Source of the DNA: Eubacterium sp.
GTDB taxonomy: Bacteria > Bacillota > Clostridia > Lachnospirales > Lachnospiraceae
Assembly (NCBI GenBank): GCA_017406925.1
Contig: JAFQXO010000009.1
Location: 28,754 to 92,753 of the forward strand
Length of the DNA stretch: 64,000 bases
Direction: 5' to 3'
In this document: positions 47,303 through 57,389 of the stretch, one piece after another
How the letters are laid out: each line of letters opens with the position of its first letter
Position numbering within the stretch: the first letter of the stretch is position 1
Position numbers and translations under genes: made by a program
Notes under the pieces: generated by a model
The model's database searches: none
Told to the model about the DNA's origin: nothing
The model's input: the letters and a program-made list of their open reading frames with translations, nothing else

Positions 47303-48805
47303 ATGCATGTCAGTGCGAAACATAGTTGGGTAAAACACGTTGATTTTATAATTATTGACTTCATTTGCCTGAATGTATCTATGCTTTTGGCATATATGAT
47401 CAGAATGTCAGGAAGTGTAGCATTGTACGGAGAGCGAAGATACCGTGCAATTATTCTTTATGTCATAATCATTCATTTCTGTGTAGCCCTCTTTTCGAAT
47501 TCCTATTCAGACATCCTCTATCGAGGATATTTCAAAGAGTTCAAAGCAGTATTGGCACATAACATCAAAGTTTTGGCTTTGATGATTGTGGTTATGTTTG
47601 CCACACAAATAACTCGAGATAGCGATGCGTCGCGTTTCGTGCTATTTGCTATGTTTGTCATCAATGTTTTCTTGACATATATTACGCATTTGCTGTGGAA
47701 GATTGTAATTAAGAACTATACGAAACGTATGGAGAATATGCGCCATTACATAGTGGCCACTACTCCAGAATATATAGAGGATGCCATTACGAAGTTAACG
47801 AATGGTATGGATCGCAGTTTCGCTTTGACTGGAATCTTTTTCCTCAGACAGCCCGACGATGAGAAACTGCAAATTGGACATACATATCAGACGAAGAATA
47901 TGAAAGAGGGCAAGATGGAACCTATTCCAATTTTGGGTTACGGTGGAGATATGTATGATTATGCGTGCCGCAATATTGTGGACGGCGCTGTAGTTTGTAT
48001 CGGAACAGAAAAGCATAGAAAACTAGCGGAAGAAATAGCACAAAAATTTGTGGAGATGGGCATCACGGTATTTATAAAACTCAATTTCTTTATCTCGGAT
48101 ATGCCTAATGCTAAGTTTTCAAGTTTAAATAGTGCACAACTTATATCGACGAGTATGAATGAAGTTTCAAAACTCGACATGGCGATAAAGCGAGCAACAG
48201 ATATATTCTTTGGAATATTGGGATGCATCGCAACTGGAGTACTGTATATATTCTTGGCTCCAGCCATTAAGATTTCAGACCCTAAGGGGCCAGTCTTCTT
48301 CAAACAAGAGCGAGCAGGTAAAGGTGGTCGAGTCTTCAAGATGTACAAGTTTAGGACTATGTATCACGATGCCGAGGAACGCAAGGCTGAATTGATGGAA
48401 AAGAATAAGATGCAGGGATTGATGTTTAAGATTGATGGAGACCCTCGTATTCTTGGAAGTGGAGCAGACGGAAAGAGGAGAGGTCTGGGATACTTCATCC
48501 GAAGATTTTCACTCGATGAATTTCCAAATGCTTTCAACATCCTGAAAGGTGATATGAGTGTAGTGGGTACGCGCCCACCTACAATGGATGAGTACGAGAA
48601 ATATGAACTTCGTCATAAGAGTAGATTGGCTGCCAAGCCAGGATTGACAGGTGTATGGCAAGTAAGTGGTCGCTCCGATATGACGGACTTCGAAGAAATT
48701 GTAAAAATGGATAATGAATATATAGAGAATTGGACTTTAGGATTAGATATCAAAATAATGCTAAAGACAATTTGGGTGGTAATCACTAGAAAAGGATCTC
48801 AGTAA
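47303..48805 (+). CDS. Priming polyprenyl-phosphate sugar-1-phosphate transferase (CpsE/WchA-like)
   Basis: Four N-terminal TMs; KRATDI, FKMYKFRTM, RFSLDEFP, GDMSVVGTRP, KPGLTGVWQVSGR. Confidence 0.95.
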   Translation: MHVSAKHSWVKHVDFIIIDFICLNVSMLLAYMIRMSGSVALYGERRYRAIILYVIIIHFCVALFSNSYSDILYRGYFKEFKAVLAHNIKVLALMIVVMFATQITRDSDASRFVLFAMFVINVFLTYITHLLWKIVIKNYTKRMENMRHYIVATTPEYIEDAITKLTNGMDRSFALTGIFFLRQPDDEKLQIGHTYQTKNMKEGKMEPIPILGYGGDMYDYACRNIVDGAVVCIGTEKHRKLAEEIAQKFVEMGITVFIKLNFFISDMPNAKFSSLNSAQLISTSMNEVSKLDMAIKRATDIFFGILGCIATGVLYIFLAPAIKISDPKGPVFFKQERAGKGGRVFKMYKFRTMYHDAEERKAELMEKNKMQGLMFKIDGDPRILGSGADGKRRGLGYFIRRFSLDEFPNAFNILKGDMSVVGTRPPTMDEYEKYELRHKSRLAAKPGLTGVWQVSGRSDMTDFEEIVKMDNEYIENWTLGLDIKIMLKTIWVVITRKGSQ

Positions 48806-48808
48806 TAT

Positions 48809-49999
48809 ATGCAACACGTTTTCATTGTTGGAGCAAAAGGTATTCCAGCCCAGTATGGTGGCTTTGAAACTTTTGTGGAAAAACTAACTGAATATCAGAA
48901 AGATGAAAACATCAAATATCATGTTGCTTGTATCAAAACTAAGAAAGATTACAAGCCAGAGGAAGCAGAGTATGAGCACAATGGTGCTCACTGCTTTACG
49001 CTTTGCGAGCGCACGAAGGGATCCTCGAGAGCGATTTTCTATGATATCGATGCGCTCAAGTATTCTATAAAGTATATAAAAGAACACAATATAGAGAGAC
49101 CTATTATTTACATACTCGCATGTAGAATAGGTCCATTTATTAGGAAGTATAGAAAGAAAATTCACAAGCTCGGCGGAGAACTATATGTTAATCCAGACGG
49201 AAACGAATGGAAGAGAGCGAAGTGGAATAGGTGGATCAGAAAGTACTGGAAGATATCCGAAAAAAAGATGGTTAAAAATGCCGACCTTATGATTTGCGAT
49301 AGCAAAGGTATAGAGAGTTATATAAAGTCGGAATATCAAAAATACGAACCGAAGACTACATACATAGCTTACGGAGCAGAAACGAAAAAATCCACATTGG
49401 AACTTAACGACTCAAAGGTAGCCAATTGGTTTACTGAAAATGAAATCAGTCCATACATGTATTACTTGATGGTCGGAAGGTTTGTTCCAGAAAATAACTT
49501 TGCGCGTATCATTTATGAGTTCTTGCACTCAAAAACGCAAAAAGATTTAGTGATTATAACTGATGGTATAGGTTCTAAATTTTACAGAGAATTAGAAAAA
49601 GAATTTCACTTTAAAGCTGATGAGAGAATAAAATTTATCGAAGCGACATACGACCAAGAGTTACTAAAGAAAATCAGAGAATTCGCATATGGATATATTC
49701 ACGGTCATTCCGTTGGTGGAACCAATCCAAGTCTTTTGGAGGCAATGGGATTAACCAGACTCAATCTCTTGTATGATGTCTCATACAATGCTGAAGTGGG
49801 TGGAGACGGAGCACTCTACTGGACACATGAGTTCGGACTTTTGAGAACTATGCTGGTTAGGTGCGACGAGATGAGTCCTAATGAAATATATAAATATGCG
49901 ACAAAGGCAAGAGAGCGTATTACAGATTTCTATAGCTGGGAAATAATCAGAGATAAATATGAAAAACTATTTTTAGAAGGAACAAGGGGTAGCAGTTGA
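48809..49999 (+). CDS. wchF: Cps2T/WchF-like rhamnosyltransferase (GT4, DUF1972)
   Basis: VFIVGAKGIPAQYGGFETF, NPDGNEWKRAKW, GRFVPENN, HGHSVGGTNPSLLEA. Confidence 0.85.
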   Translation: MQHVFIVGAKGIPAQYGGFETFVEKLTEYQKDENIKYHVACIKTKKDYKPEEAEYEHNGAHCFTLCERTKGSSRAIFYDIDALKYSIKYIKEHNIERPIIYILACRIGPFIRKYRKKIHKLGGELYVNPDGNEWKRAKWNRWIRKYWKISEKKMVKNADLMICDSKGIESYIKSEYQKYEPKTTYIAYGAETKKSTLELNDSKVANWFTENEISPYMYYLMVGRFVPENNFARIIYEFLHSKTQKDLVIITDGIGSKFYRELEKEFHFKADERIKFIEATYDQELLKKIREFAYGYIHGHSVGGTNPSLLEAMGLTRLNLLYDVSYNAEVGGDGALYWTHEFGLLRTMLVRCDEMSPNEIYKYATKARERITDFYSWEIIRDKYEKLFLEGTRGSS

Positions 50000-51372
50000 A
50001 GATACTACATTACGCACTAGGCTTTCCACCTTATAGAAGTGGAGGCCTGACCAAATACAGTTTGGACTTGATGTGCGAGCAACAGAAAAAAGGACACGAA
50101 GTAGCGATGATGTGGCCGGGTAGGTTAAAACTTACCGGTCGTTTTGTGCGTTTTAAACGGTCTAAAAATAGACAGGTGGTTGCTGGCGAAGAGGTTTCAT
50201 TCGATAGCATCGAAATGATAAACCCTATTCCGGTTCCACTGGATGAAGGAATCAAGGATACAGATGTATTTATGGAAGTGTGCATGAACCCAGAAGTATT
50301 CCAGGAGTTCTTCGAGGAGTTCAAACCGGATGTAATTCATGTTCATACATTGATGGGACTTTATCCAGAGATGATTGCGACAGCAAAAAAGATGGGAATC
50401 AGAACAGTATTTACCACACATGATTATTATGGCATTTGTCCAAAGGTCACATTGTTCCGAGATGGAGATGTGTGCGACGGCAATTGCAACGCATGCGTGG
50501 ACTGTAATGACAACGGTCTTTCTTTGAAGCAGATTCAAGCACTTCAATCACCAACTTATCGCAAAATGAAAAACACGAAGTTAGTGAAAGCGATGAGAAA
50601 GAAACACAGGGACGAATTCTTCGAAGGAGAAGATGAAAACAATCAGAAGAAAGAATACACTTCAGTAGATGGTGAACTATCTGCGACAGGAAGTGATTAT
50701 CAACAACTGAGAAATTATTATCTAAACATATTGAAAAATATAGATCAGATTCACTTTAACAGTTCAGTGACAGAATCAGTATATAGAAAATTTTTGCCTA
50801 TTCAAACTAAAGGCAAAGTAATCAATCTGACTCACAGCAATATCAAAGATGAGAGAAAGATTAAGTCTTTTGATAGAACACTTTCTATTGCGTATCTCGC
50901 ACCTACGAAAGAATTTAAAGGATTTAATATATTGCAGGATGCATTAGATGAGTTATGGTCTGAGGGACAGAGACAGATAGAACTCGAACTCTATCACTCG
51001 CCAAGGGAAGTTAGTGGTTATATGAAAGTCTACGATGGATTTGAGTATAACGACTTGAGAGAAATATTCGAGAGAGCAGATATGCTTATCATGCCAAGCG
51101 TTTGGTACGAGACATATGGTTTCACAGTTTTGGAAGCGTTAAGCTTCGGTGTTCCAGTTTTAGTTACGAACAGAGTTGGTTCGAAAGATTTGTTGAACGA
51201 TGGATATTTCGGAATGATAATCAAACCTACGAAAGATGACTTAAAGCAAGCAATATCATATATCGTAGACCATCAAGAAATATTGGAACTATACAACGAG
51301 CGAATAGTTAACGAGTTTGACTTGGATAGAGTAATGAACTCAGTAGACCAGATCGAGGAGTTATATAAATAA
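49996..51372 (+). CDS. GT4 glycosyltransferase
   Basis: TTG start overlapping upstream stop; GFPPYRSGG, TTHDYYGIC, PSVWYETYGFTVLEA. Confidence 0.9.
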   Translation: MKILHYALGFPPYRSGGLTKYSLDLMCEQQKKGHEVAMMWPGRLKLTGRFVRFKRSKNRQVVAGEEVSFDSIEMINPIPVPLDEGIKDTDVFMEVCMNPEVFQEFFEEFKPDVIHVHTLMGLYPEMIATAKKMGIRTVFTTHDYYGICPKVTLFRDGDVCDGNCNACVDCNDNGLSLKQIQALQSPTYRKMKNTKLVKAMRKKHRDEFFEGEDENNQKKEYTSVDGELSATGSDYQQLRNYYLNILKNIDQIHFNSSVTESVYRKFLPIQTKGKVINLTHSNIKDERKIKSFDRTLSIAYLAPTKEFKGFNILQDALDELWSEGQRQIELELYHSPREVSGYMKVYDGFEYNDLREIFERADMLIMPSVWYETYGFTVLEALSFGVPVLVTNRVGSKDLLNDGYFGMIIKPTKDDLKQAISYIVDHQEILELYNERIVNEFDLDRVMNSVDQIEELYK

Positions 51373-51380
51373 AAGGGGAA

Positions 51381-51950
51381 ATGATGGATAAAAATATAAT
51401 TGCTGATTTTTATCGTTGGCACGGTGAAAAGTTTTCGAAAAAGCAACATAGAAAATATAAAAAAATACCACAGTATAAATTCACTTACGTAATGCGTAAA
51501 TGTCAGTACAACAGAAATCGAAGTAAGCTAAAGTATTATTTTTACGGATACATCTTTCGCAAACTAAAAGCTAAGTATACGTGCGACATTCCACAGCAGA
51601 CAGAGATTGGGTATGGATTTAAAATCGAGCACATTGGCGCTATAGCCATAAACCCAAAAGTGAAGATTGGAAACAACGTAAACATCTATTCAGGTGTTGT
51701 GATGGGAATTGAAAAGCGCGGCCCTAGAAAAGGAAACCCAGTCATTGGAAATAATGTATGGGTGGGCGCGAACGCAGCGATTGTTGGAAATATTAAAGTT
51801 GGAAACAATGTGTTGATAGCGCCGGGAGCGTTTGTGAATTTTGATGTACCAGACAACAGCATCGTAGTTGGAAACCCAGGGGCTATAAAACCTTGCGAGA
51901 ATGCTATAGAAGATTATTGTAAGTATCCCTATGTTACGGAGAAAGAGTAG
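51381..51950 (+). CDS. Hexapeptide-repeat O-acetyltransferase (CysE-like)
   Basis: PVIGNNVWVGANA..VGNNVLIAPGAFV..VVGNPG. Confidence 0.88.
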   Translation: MMDKNIIADFYRWHGEKFSKKQHRKYKKIPQYKFTYVMRKCQYNRNRSKLKYYFYGYIFRKLKAKYTCDIPQQTEIGYGFKIEHIGAIAINPKVKIGNNVNIYSGVVMGIEKRGPRKGNPVIGNNVWVGANAAIVGNIKVGNNVLIAPGAFVNFDVPDNSIVVGNPGAIKPCENAIEDYCKYPYVTEKE

Positions 51951-51955
51951 TTGAA

Positions 51956-52729
51956 ATGAGTATTCCTAAGATTATTCATTACTGTTGGTTTGGCCAGGGG
52001 CCAATACCAAAGAAAGAACAAAACTGCATAGATACATGGCAAAAGCATTTTCCCGATTATGAGATAAAGAGATGGGATGAGTCTAACTTTGATTTTGAAT
52101 CTTGTAAGTTTGCTAAACAAGCGTACGATGCGAAGAAGTACGCTTTTGTGAGCGATTATGCCAGAGCAAAAATATTGTTTGAACATGGCGGATTATATAT
52201 GGACACAGATGTGGAAGTTTTAAAAGACTTTCCACAGACTGATGAGCCAAATGGTTATGTGGGATTTGAGAGAAGACACTTTGTCGGAACAGCAGTGATG
52301 GCAAGCGTTCCTAAAAATCCAATAGTAAAGAAATTGCTCGACTATTATGAGACACATGACTACATTCAAAAGGATGGAAGCTTTGACAACATCGCAAACG
52401 TATCTATTCTCACAGACATATTGGTGGAGAATGGATTAGTTCTCGGCGGAGAAAGACAAAAAGCAGCAGGCTTTGAAATTTTCAATAGAGAGTTCTTTTA
52501 TCCAAAAAAACTGAGCGAAGATGAATTCAGAATAGAAGATGAAACTTGTTGTATTCACAGATGCTCGAACAGTTGGATGACAGAAAGAGAAAGAAAAAGA
52601 GGAAACAGCAAAGTTTGGATTGCAGTAGGAAGACCAGTGTTAAGAACTAGTAGAAAACTGATTTTAAAAATTGCTGGAAAAGAAAAAACAAGAGACATAG
52701 AAATAAAACTTAGAAACAAAATGAAATAA
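51956..52729 (+). CDS. GT32 (DXD) glycosyltransferase
   Basis: IPKIIHYCWFG, AFVSDYAR, GGLYMDTD. Confidence 0.92.
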   Translation: MSIPKIIHYCWFGQGPIPKKEQNCIDTWQKHFPDYEIKRWDESNFDFESCKFAKQAYDAKKYAFVSDYARAKILFEHGGLYMDTDVEVLKDFPQTDEPNGYVGFERRHFVGTAVMASVPKNPIVKKLLDYYETHDYIQKDGSFDNIANVSILTDILVENGLVLGGERQKAAGFEIFNREFFYPKKLSEDEFRIEDETCCIHRCSNSWMTERERKRGNSKVWIAVGRPVLRTSRKLILKIAGKEKTRDIEIKLRNKMK

Positions 52730-52736
52730 GAGAAAT

Positions 52737-54107
52737 ATGTGGGATGAAAGATGTGCGCAGATCTTTAAAGAATGCGTGACAGGTTTTAAAGAAAACAAAA
52801 TAAAGTATTTTGTCCTAAGAAACTATAAAGGACTTCCGGAAAACAATCCAGCCAAAGATATAGATATTATTATTGAGCCTGGAAAGTTAAAAGAGTGCAG
52901 AAAAATATTGTTGGATGCGTATAAGCGCCATGGGATAGACAGAGTATATGAAGTGCACTTTGGAAAACTATATTGCCTTCATGGAATGAGTGTAAAAAAC
53001 AAAATTGGAATCCATTTTGATTTGATAGATGGTTATGACGTTAAGGGTTACCAGGTCTATGGGTTCAACGAACTATATGCTCATACTGAGTGGTACAACG
53101 ATTTCTGTGTTCTCAATGATTTTATGAACGCAATAATGCTCTTGATATATAAGCAGTTCGGGTATAAGAAGCCTGTTTTCAAAGATGAGTATAAAGACGA
53201 AATAGTAAACACATATAACAAGTATCCAGATGAATTCAAACGCGAAGTAAGTAAAATCACTTCAGAAGAATTGGCTGATGAAATCTGTGAATGTATAGAG
53301 AAAAAAGACTTTGACAAAATCATTGCAAAGACAAAAACATTTGATAAGCAAGTCAAGAGATACGTGAATAGAAAAAGATTCTTCAAAACACGTTTATCTT
53401 CACTTAAATTTATTTTGCAAAATATCGGAAAGATTGTATTTGCATACAGAAAGTATGCGAGAACAACGGCAGTCATTGCTCCGGATGGAGCAGGAAAAAC
53501 TACATTCATCGACAATCTTGAAAAGCAGTTGAATTTCTATTATGTGAATTCGCCTGAGCATTCGAGAATGCATGTCTATCATTTTAGACCAACTGTGTTA
53601 CCAAACTTGGGAGAGTTAGGAGAAAAGGCAGGAGTGATGGAGCAAGACAAAAATTTTACAGACCCTCACAGAGGTAAACCTGCAAATCCAATCAGCTCAT
53701 TTTTTAGAATGGGATACTATACACTCGATTATATTTTTGGATTTATGAAATGTGTTCGTCAGGATGTGCACTATGACAGACATGTTTTGTTTGATCGTTA
53801 CAGTTATGATTTTATTGTTGATCCAAGACGAAGCAAGATTAATCTTCCAATGTGTTTAAGAAGATTTTTCGTGTGGCTTACGCCACAACCAAAAATAGTA
53901 TTTGTGTTGGATGCGCCAGAGGATGTTATATATGCCAGAAAGCAAGAACTTGATAGAGAAACTATCAAAGAATTGTTGGCAGTTTATAGAGACTTGGCCA
54001 AAAGAAAAAAGCGATTCACAATTATAAATGCTGAGAAGTCGCCAGACGAAATGGCCGAAGAGGCTGCGACTATATTTATAGATAAGTTTACTAAGAAGTT
54101 AGATTAG
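52737..54107 (+). CDS. Nucleotidyltransferase-like domain fused to thymidylate-kinase-like P-loop domain
   Basis: YFVLRNY..KDIDII (DxD) at the N-terminus; APDGAGKTT, FDRYSYD, PQPKIVFVLDA..ARKQEL at the C-terminus. Confidence 0.75.
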   Translation: MWDERCAQIFKECVTGFKENKIKYFVLRNYKGLPENNPAKDIDIIIEPGKLKECRKILLDAYKRHGIDRVYEVHFGKLYCLHGMSVKNKIGIHFDLIDGYDVKGYQVYGFNELYAHTEWYNDFCVLNDFMNAIMLLIYKQFGYKKPVFKDEYKDEIVNTYNKYPDEFKREVSKITSEELADEICECIEKKDFDKIIAKTKTFDKQVKRYVNRKRFFKTRLSSLKFILQNIGKIVFAYRKYARTTAVIAPDGAGKTTFIDNLEKQLNFYYVNSPEHSRMHVYHFRPTVLPNLGELGEKAGVMEQDKNFTDPHRGKPANPISSFFRMGYYTLDYIFGFMKCVRQDVHYDRHVLFDRYSYDFIVDPRRSKINLPMCLRRFFVWLTPQPKIVFVLDAPEDVIYARKQELDRETIKELLAVYRDLAKRKKRFTIINAEKSPDEMAEEAATIFIDKFTKKLD

Positions 54108-54117
54108 GAAGAAAAGA

Positions 54118-55368
54118 ATGGCAAAGACTAAAGTGTTCGTATCTGCATATGCATGTGAACCTGGACTTGGTTCTGAAATAGGTGTCGGTTGGCACTGGGT
54201 ACTTGAGATGTCCAAGTACTTTGAGTTGTGGGTACTCACTAGAAAAAGCAATCAATCTAATATTGAAGAATGGATGAATGCTCAAGATGAAAAGTATGAC
54301 ATTCATTTTTTGTACTACGATCTTCCTGATGCTCTTAGATTTTGGAAACGCGGCTTGAGAGGAGTAAGGCTTTACTATACTATCTGGCAATCCAGAACTA
54401 ACAAGATAGTAAAGAATACGATGAAAGAAAATGATATTAAAATATATCATTTACTCACATATGGAAATTCACTTTGGAAAGCGAGCAGATATGGAATAAA
54501 ACAATTTTTTGTTTGGGGACCAACTGGTGGAGTGGATACTATCCCAGCAGAGTATTCAAAGCACTATGGCTTTAAATCTAGAATGATTGAGTGGGCTAGA
54601 AGAAGTGTAGTTAAAATGCTTCCGATAAATATTGCTTTTCAGAGGAGATGCAAAAACGCAGATCTGATTTTGTGCAAATCTTATAACATGCAAAATGCAA
54701 TTCCGGAGAAGTATCGCGATAAGGCGATTCTCTTTACGGATGTTGCAGTGGAGATGAAACAGCTGAAAGAAGAACCATCGGGATATAACTGGGGAGAGAT
54801 TGACCATACAGATGTTAAGATTAAATACATCGTGGTTGGAAAACTTGATGCGTGGAGAGGATTCGATGTTTTGGTGGAGGCGTTTGCTAAAGCCTACGAT
54901 GAAAATAAAAATATCGAATTGGAAATTCTCGGCAAGGGAAATGATAAAGAAAGAATTCAAAAACTAATTGAAGATAAGGAAATGACAGAAACCATCCAGA
55001 TGAGCGGCGAGGTGTCAATGGATGAGTATTTTGGAAAAGTAAAAAAAGCAGATGTCATTGTGAACACTAGTTTGAAAGAGGGAGCAGTTACAGTTTCATT
55101 TGATGCGATGGCATTGGCGAAGCCACTTATATGCGTGGATACCGGAGGATATACGAGATACTTCAACAATGAAAACGCAGTGGTACTTGAAAGAGGACAT
55201 AGAGATCAACTAGTAGATGATATAAAAGATGCAATTTTAAAATTGACCGACGAGAGAGCAAGACGAGAAATCGGTCGCAAAGCTTTCGAGTCAGGACAGA
55301 GATACACTTGGGAGCAAAAGGGACAAGATATTTACGATGCAATCATGAAAGCATATGAAGGACGGTAG
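54118..55368 (+). CDS. GT4 glycosyltransferase
   Basis: SAYACEPGLGSEIGVGW, FVWGPTGG, SLKEGAVTVSFDAM. Confidence 0.88.
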   Translation: MAKTKVFVSAYACEPGLGSEIGVGWHWVLEMSKYFELWVLTRKSNQSNIEEWMNAQDEKYDIHFLYYDLPDALRFWKRGLRGVRLYYTIWQSRTNKIVKNTMKENDIKIYHLLTYGNSLWKASRYGIKQFFVWGPTGGVDTIPAEYSKHYGFKSRMIEWARRSVVKMLPINIAFQRRCKNADLILCKSYNMQNAIPEKYRDKAILFTDVAVEMKQLKEEPSGYNWGEIDHTDVKIKYIVVGKLDAWRGFDVLVEAFAKAYDENKNIELEILGKGNDKERIQKLIEDKEMTETIQMSGEVSMDEYFGKVKKADVIVNTSLKEGAVTVSFDAMALAKPLICVDTGGYTRYFNNENAVVLERGHRDQLVDDIKDAILKLTDERARREIGRKAFESGQRYTWEQKGQDIYDAIMKAYEGR

Positions 55369-55376
55369 GAAAGTAT

Positions 55377-56228
55377 ATGTCTAAGACAATGGCTATTGTT
55401 CTTAACTACAATTCATTCGACGATACGGTTAAGTGCATTAAGTTTTTGAAAAAACAGAATACTAACGATCTTGAAATATGCGTGATTGACAATTGCTCAT
55501 CAGACGGACGTGTATCAGATTTGGAAGATGCATGCAATGAAGAGGGCATAATGTTTGTTGCTAACAAAGAAAATTTTGGATACTCAGCAGGAAACAATAT
55601 CGGTCTTAAAAAAGCAGTGGAAGAAAATTGCAAATATGCATTAATAATAAATCCTGACGTTGAGATTAGAGATGGAGATTATGTTGCAAAGGCAGTTGCC
55701 AAAATGGATGAGGATAATGACATTGTTGCCCTGGGCACAGACATAATCATTTCTGATCGTGGCCATCAAAATCCAATGAGAGAATCGAAATATTGGGAAG
55801 AACTTTTTTGGCCTTTAAATATTATTAGAAATAAAGTTAAGCCAACTATGCCATTTATAGGCGATTATTCTAAGGATGGATATAGTGAAAAACTATCAGG
55901 ATGCTGCTTTTTTGTGAGACTCGATTTTATGCAGCAGATTAACTATTTTGACGAAACAGTATTTCTTTATTCAGAAGAAGCGATTTTTTCTGCGCAAGTA
56001 AAAAAGGCAGAAAAGAAAATGTACTACAAAAGTGATCTTACGGCATATCATATGCATCGTAAATCAGAAAAAGAGCGAGATGAAGAAACTATTCACATTT
56101 TTTTCCAGAGTAGGAAATACTATTTAAACACTTATAGTGGATTAGGAAAAGTGAAACTGAGAATGCTCAACAAATCATTGACACTTCAAGAAAAAATGCT
56201 CGTGAGAAAATACAGAAAGAACAAGTGA
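55377..56228 (+). CDS. GT2 glycosyltransferase
   Basis: IVLNYN, IDNCS, NFGYSAGNN, INPD, FLYSEE. Confidence 0.9.
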   Translation: MSKTMAIVLNYNSFDDTVKCIKFLKKQNTNDLEICVIDNCSSDGRVSDLEDACNEEGIMFVANKENFGYSAGNNIGLKKAVEENCKYALIINPDVEIRDGDYVAKAVAKMDEDNDIVALGTDIIISDRGHQNPMRESKYWEELFWPLNIIRNKVKPTMPFIGDYSKDGYSEKLSGCCFFVRLDFMQQINYFDETVFLYSEEAIFSAQVKKAEKKMYYKSDLTAYHMHRKSEKERDEETIHIFFQSRKYYLNTYSGLGKVKLRMLNKSLTLQEKMLVRKYRKNK

Positions 56229-56237
56229 GAAATAGTA

Positions 56238-57389
56238 ATGCATAATAAATTGGTAATAGGAATAATTGGAATAGATTTTAATAGTGGTAATTTGGGTTGT
56301 CAGGCGCTCGGATATGCCTTTTATGACAATTTAGAAAAATTTTCTGATAGAACAATAGAATGCGTTTTTCTTCAAAACGAAACTGGCGAAGAAGAAATTG
56401 AGGCTTATGGGAATATTTCTTTTCGCTTTGAAAAGTGTGCGAGTGATAAATACTCGCTTATAAAGAAAACTCGTAGTTTTGTAGATGAGTGTGACGTGAT
56501 AGTCGACTTTACATATGGGGATTCTTTTTCGGATATATATGGAGTTAAAAGACTCATCAGATTCTGTTTAGAAAAAATCATAGTTATCAGAAAGAAAAAA
56601 CGATTAATATTAGCGCCCCAGACATATGGACCATATAATAAAAAAATTTCGAAAAAAATAGCTAAGTACATTCTTGAAAAAGCCGATGCTGTTGCTGCAA
56701 GAGATGATATTTCTGCAGAGGTAGTTGAGGCTGTTACAGGAAGAAAGGTCGATATTCTTACAGACATGGCATTCCTTCTTCCTTATGAAGTTAAAGAAAA
56801 AAGTGACAAGAAAAAAGCAGGAATTAATATATCAGGGTTATTGTGGAATGGTGGATATAATGAAAATAATCAGTTTGGTTTAATGACTGATTACAGAAAA
56901 TATATAATGAAAACCATTGATTATTTGAAACAAAAAGGATATGAAATTCATTTGATATCCCATGTAACGACTAAAGATCCTGATAACATAGAAAATGATT
57001 GGTCTGCAATAAATGAAATTGTTGAAAAGGATACAGATATAGTTTTTGCAAAATCTTTTAAAAATCCTATTGAGGCAAAAACATATATTGCACAAATGGA
57101 CATATTTCTTGGCGCAAGAATGCATGCAACTATTGCCGGGGTTTCGACGAATGTTGCGACCATACCATTTTCATATAGTAAAAAGTTTGAAGGCTTATTT
57201 GGAAGTATCAAATATCCATATATTATTAGCGCAATGGATATGAGCACGGAAGAAGCAGTAGAACAGACTCAAAATTATATAGACCATGTGGAAGATATTA
57301 AGAATGGATTATTTGAAACGCAAAAAGTTATAGAACAAAAAACAGAAGAAATGACAGGATGGTTTAAAGAGGAGTTAAGAAAATGCTAA
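56238..57389 (+). CDS. Polysaccharide pyruvyl transferase family protein
   Basis: NLGCQAL, GDSFSDIYG, PQTYGPY, ARD, DMAF, GARMHATI, YSKKF. Confidence 0.9.
   Translation: MHNKLVIGIIGIDFNSGNLGCQALGYAFYDNLEKFSDRTIECVFLQNETGEEEIEAYGNISFRFEKCASDKYSLIKKTRSFVDECDVIVDFTYGDSFSDIYGVKRLIRFCLEKIIVIRKKKRLILAPQTYGPYNKKISKKIAKYILEKADAVAARDDISAEVVEAVTGRKVDILTDMAFLLPYEVKEKSDKKKAGINISGLLWNGGYNENNQFGLMTDYRKYIMKTIDYLKQKGYEIHLISHVTTKDPDNIENDWSAINEIVEKDTDIVFAKSFKNPIEAKTYIAQMDIFLGARMHATIAGVSTNVATIPFSYSKKFEGLFGSIKYPYIISAMDMSTEEAVEQTQNYIDHVEDIKNGLFETQKVIEQKTEEMTGWFKEELRKC

Noticed and set aside
51381-51950. Housekeeping cysE
   Set aside because: Lacks the full N-terminal serine acetyltransferase domain and sits inside a glycan locus, so a polysaccharide O-acetyltransferase is more likely
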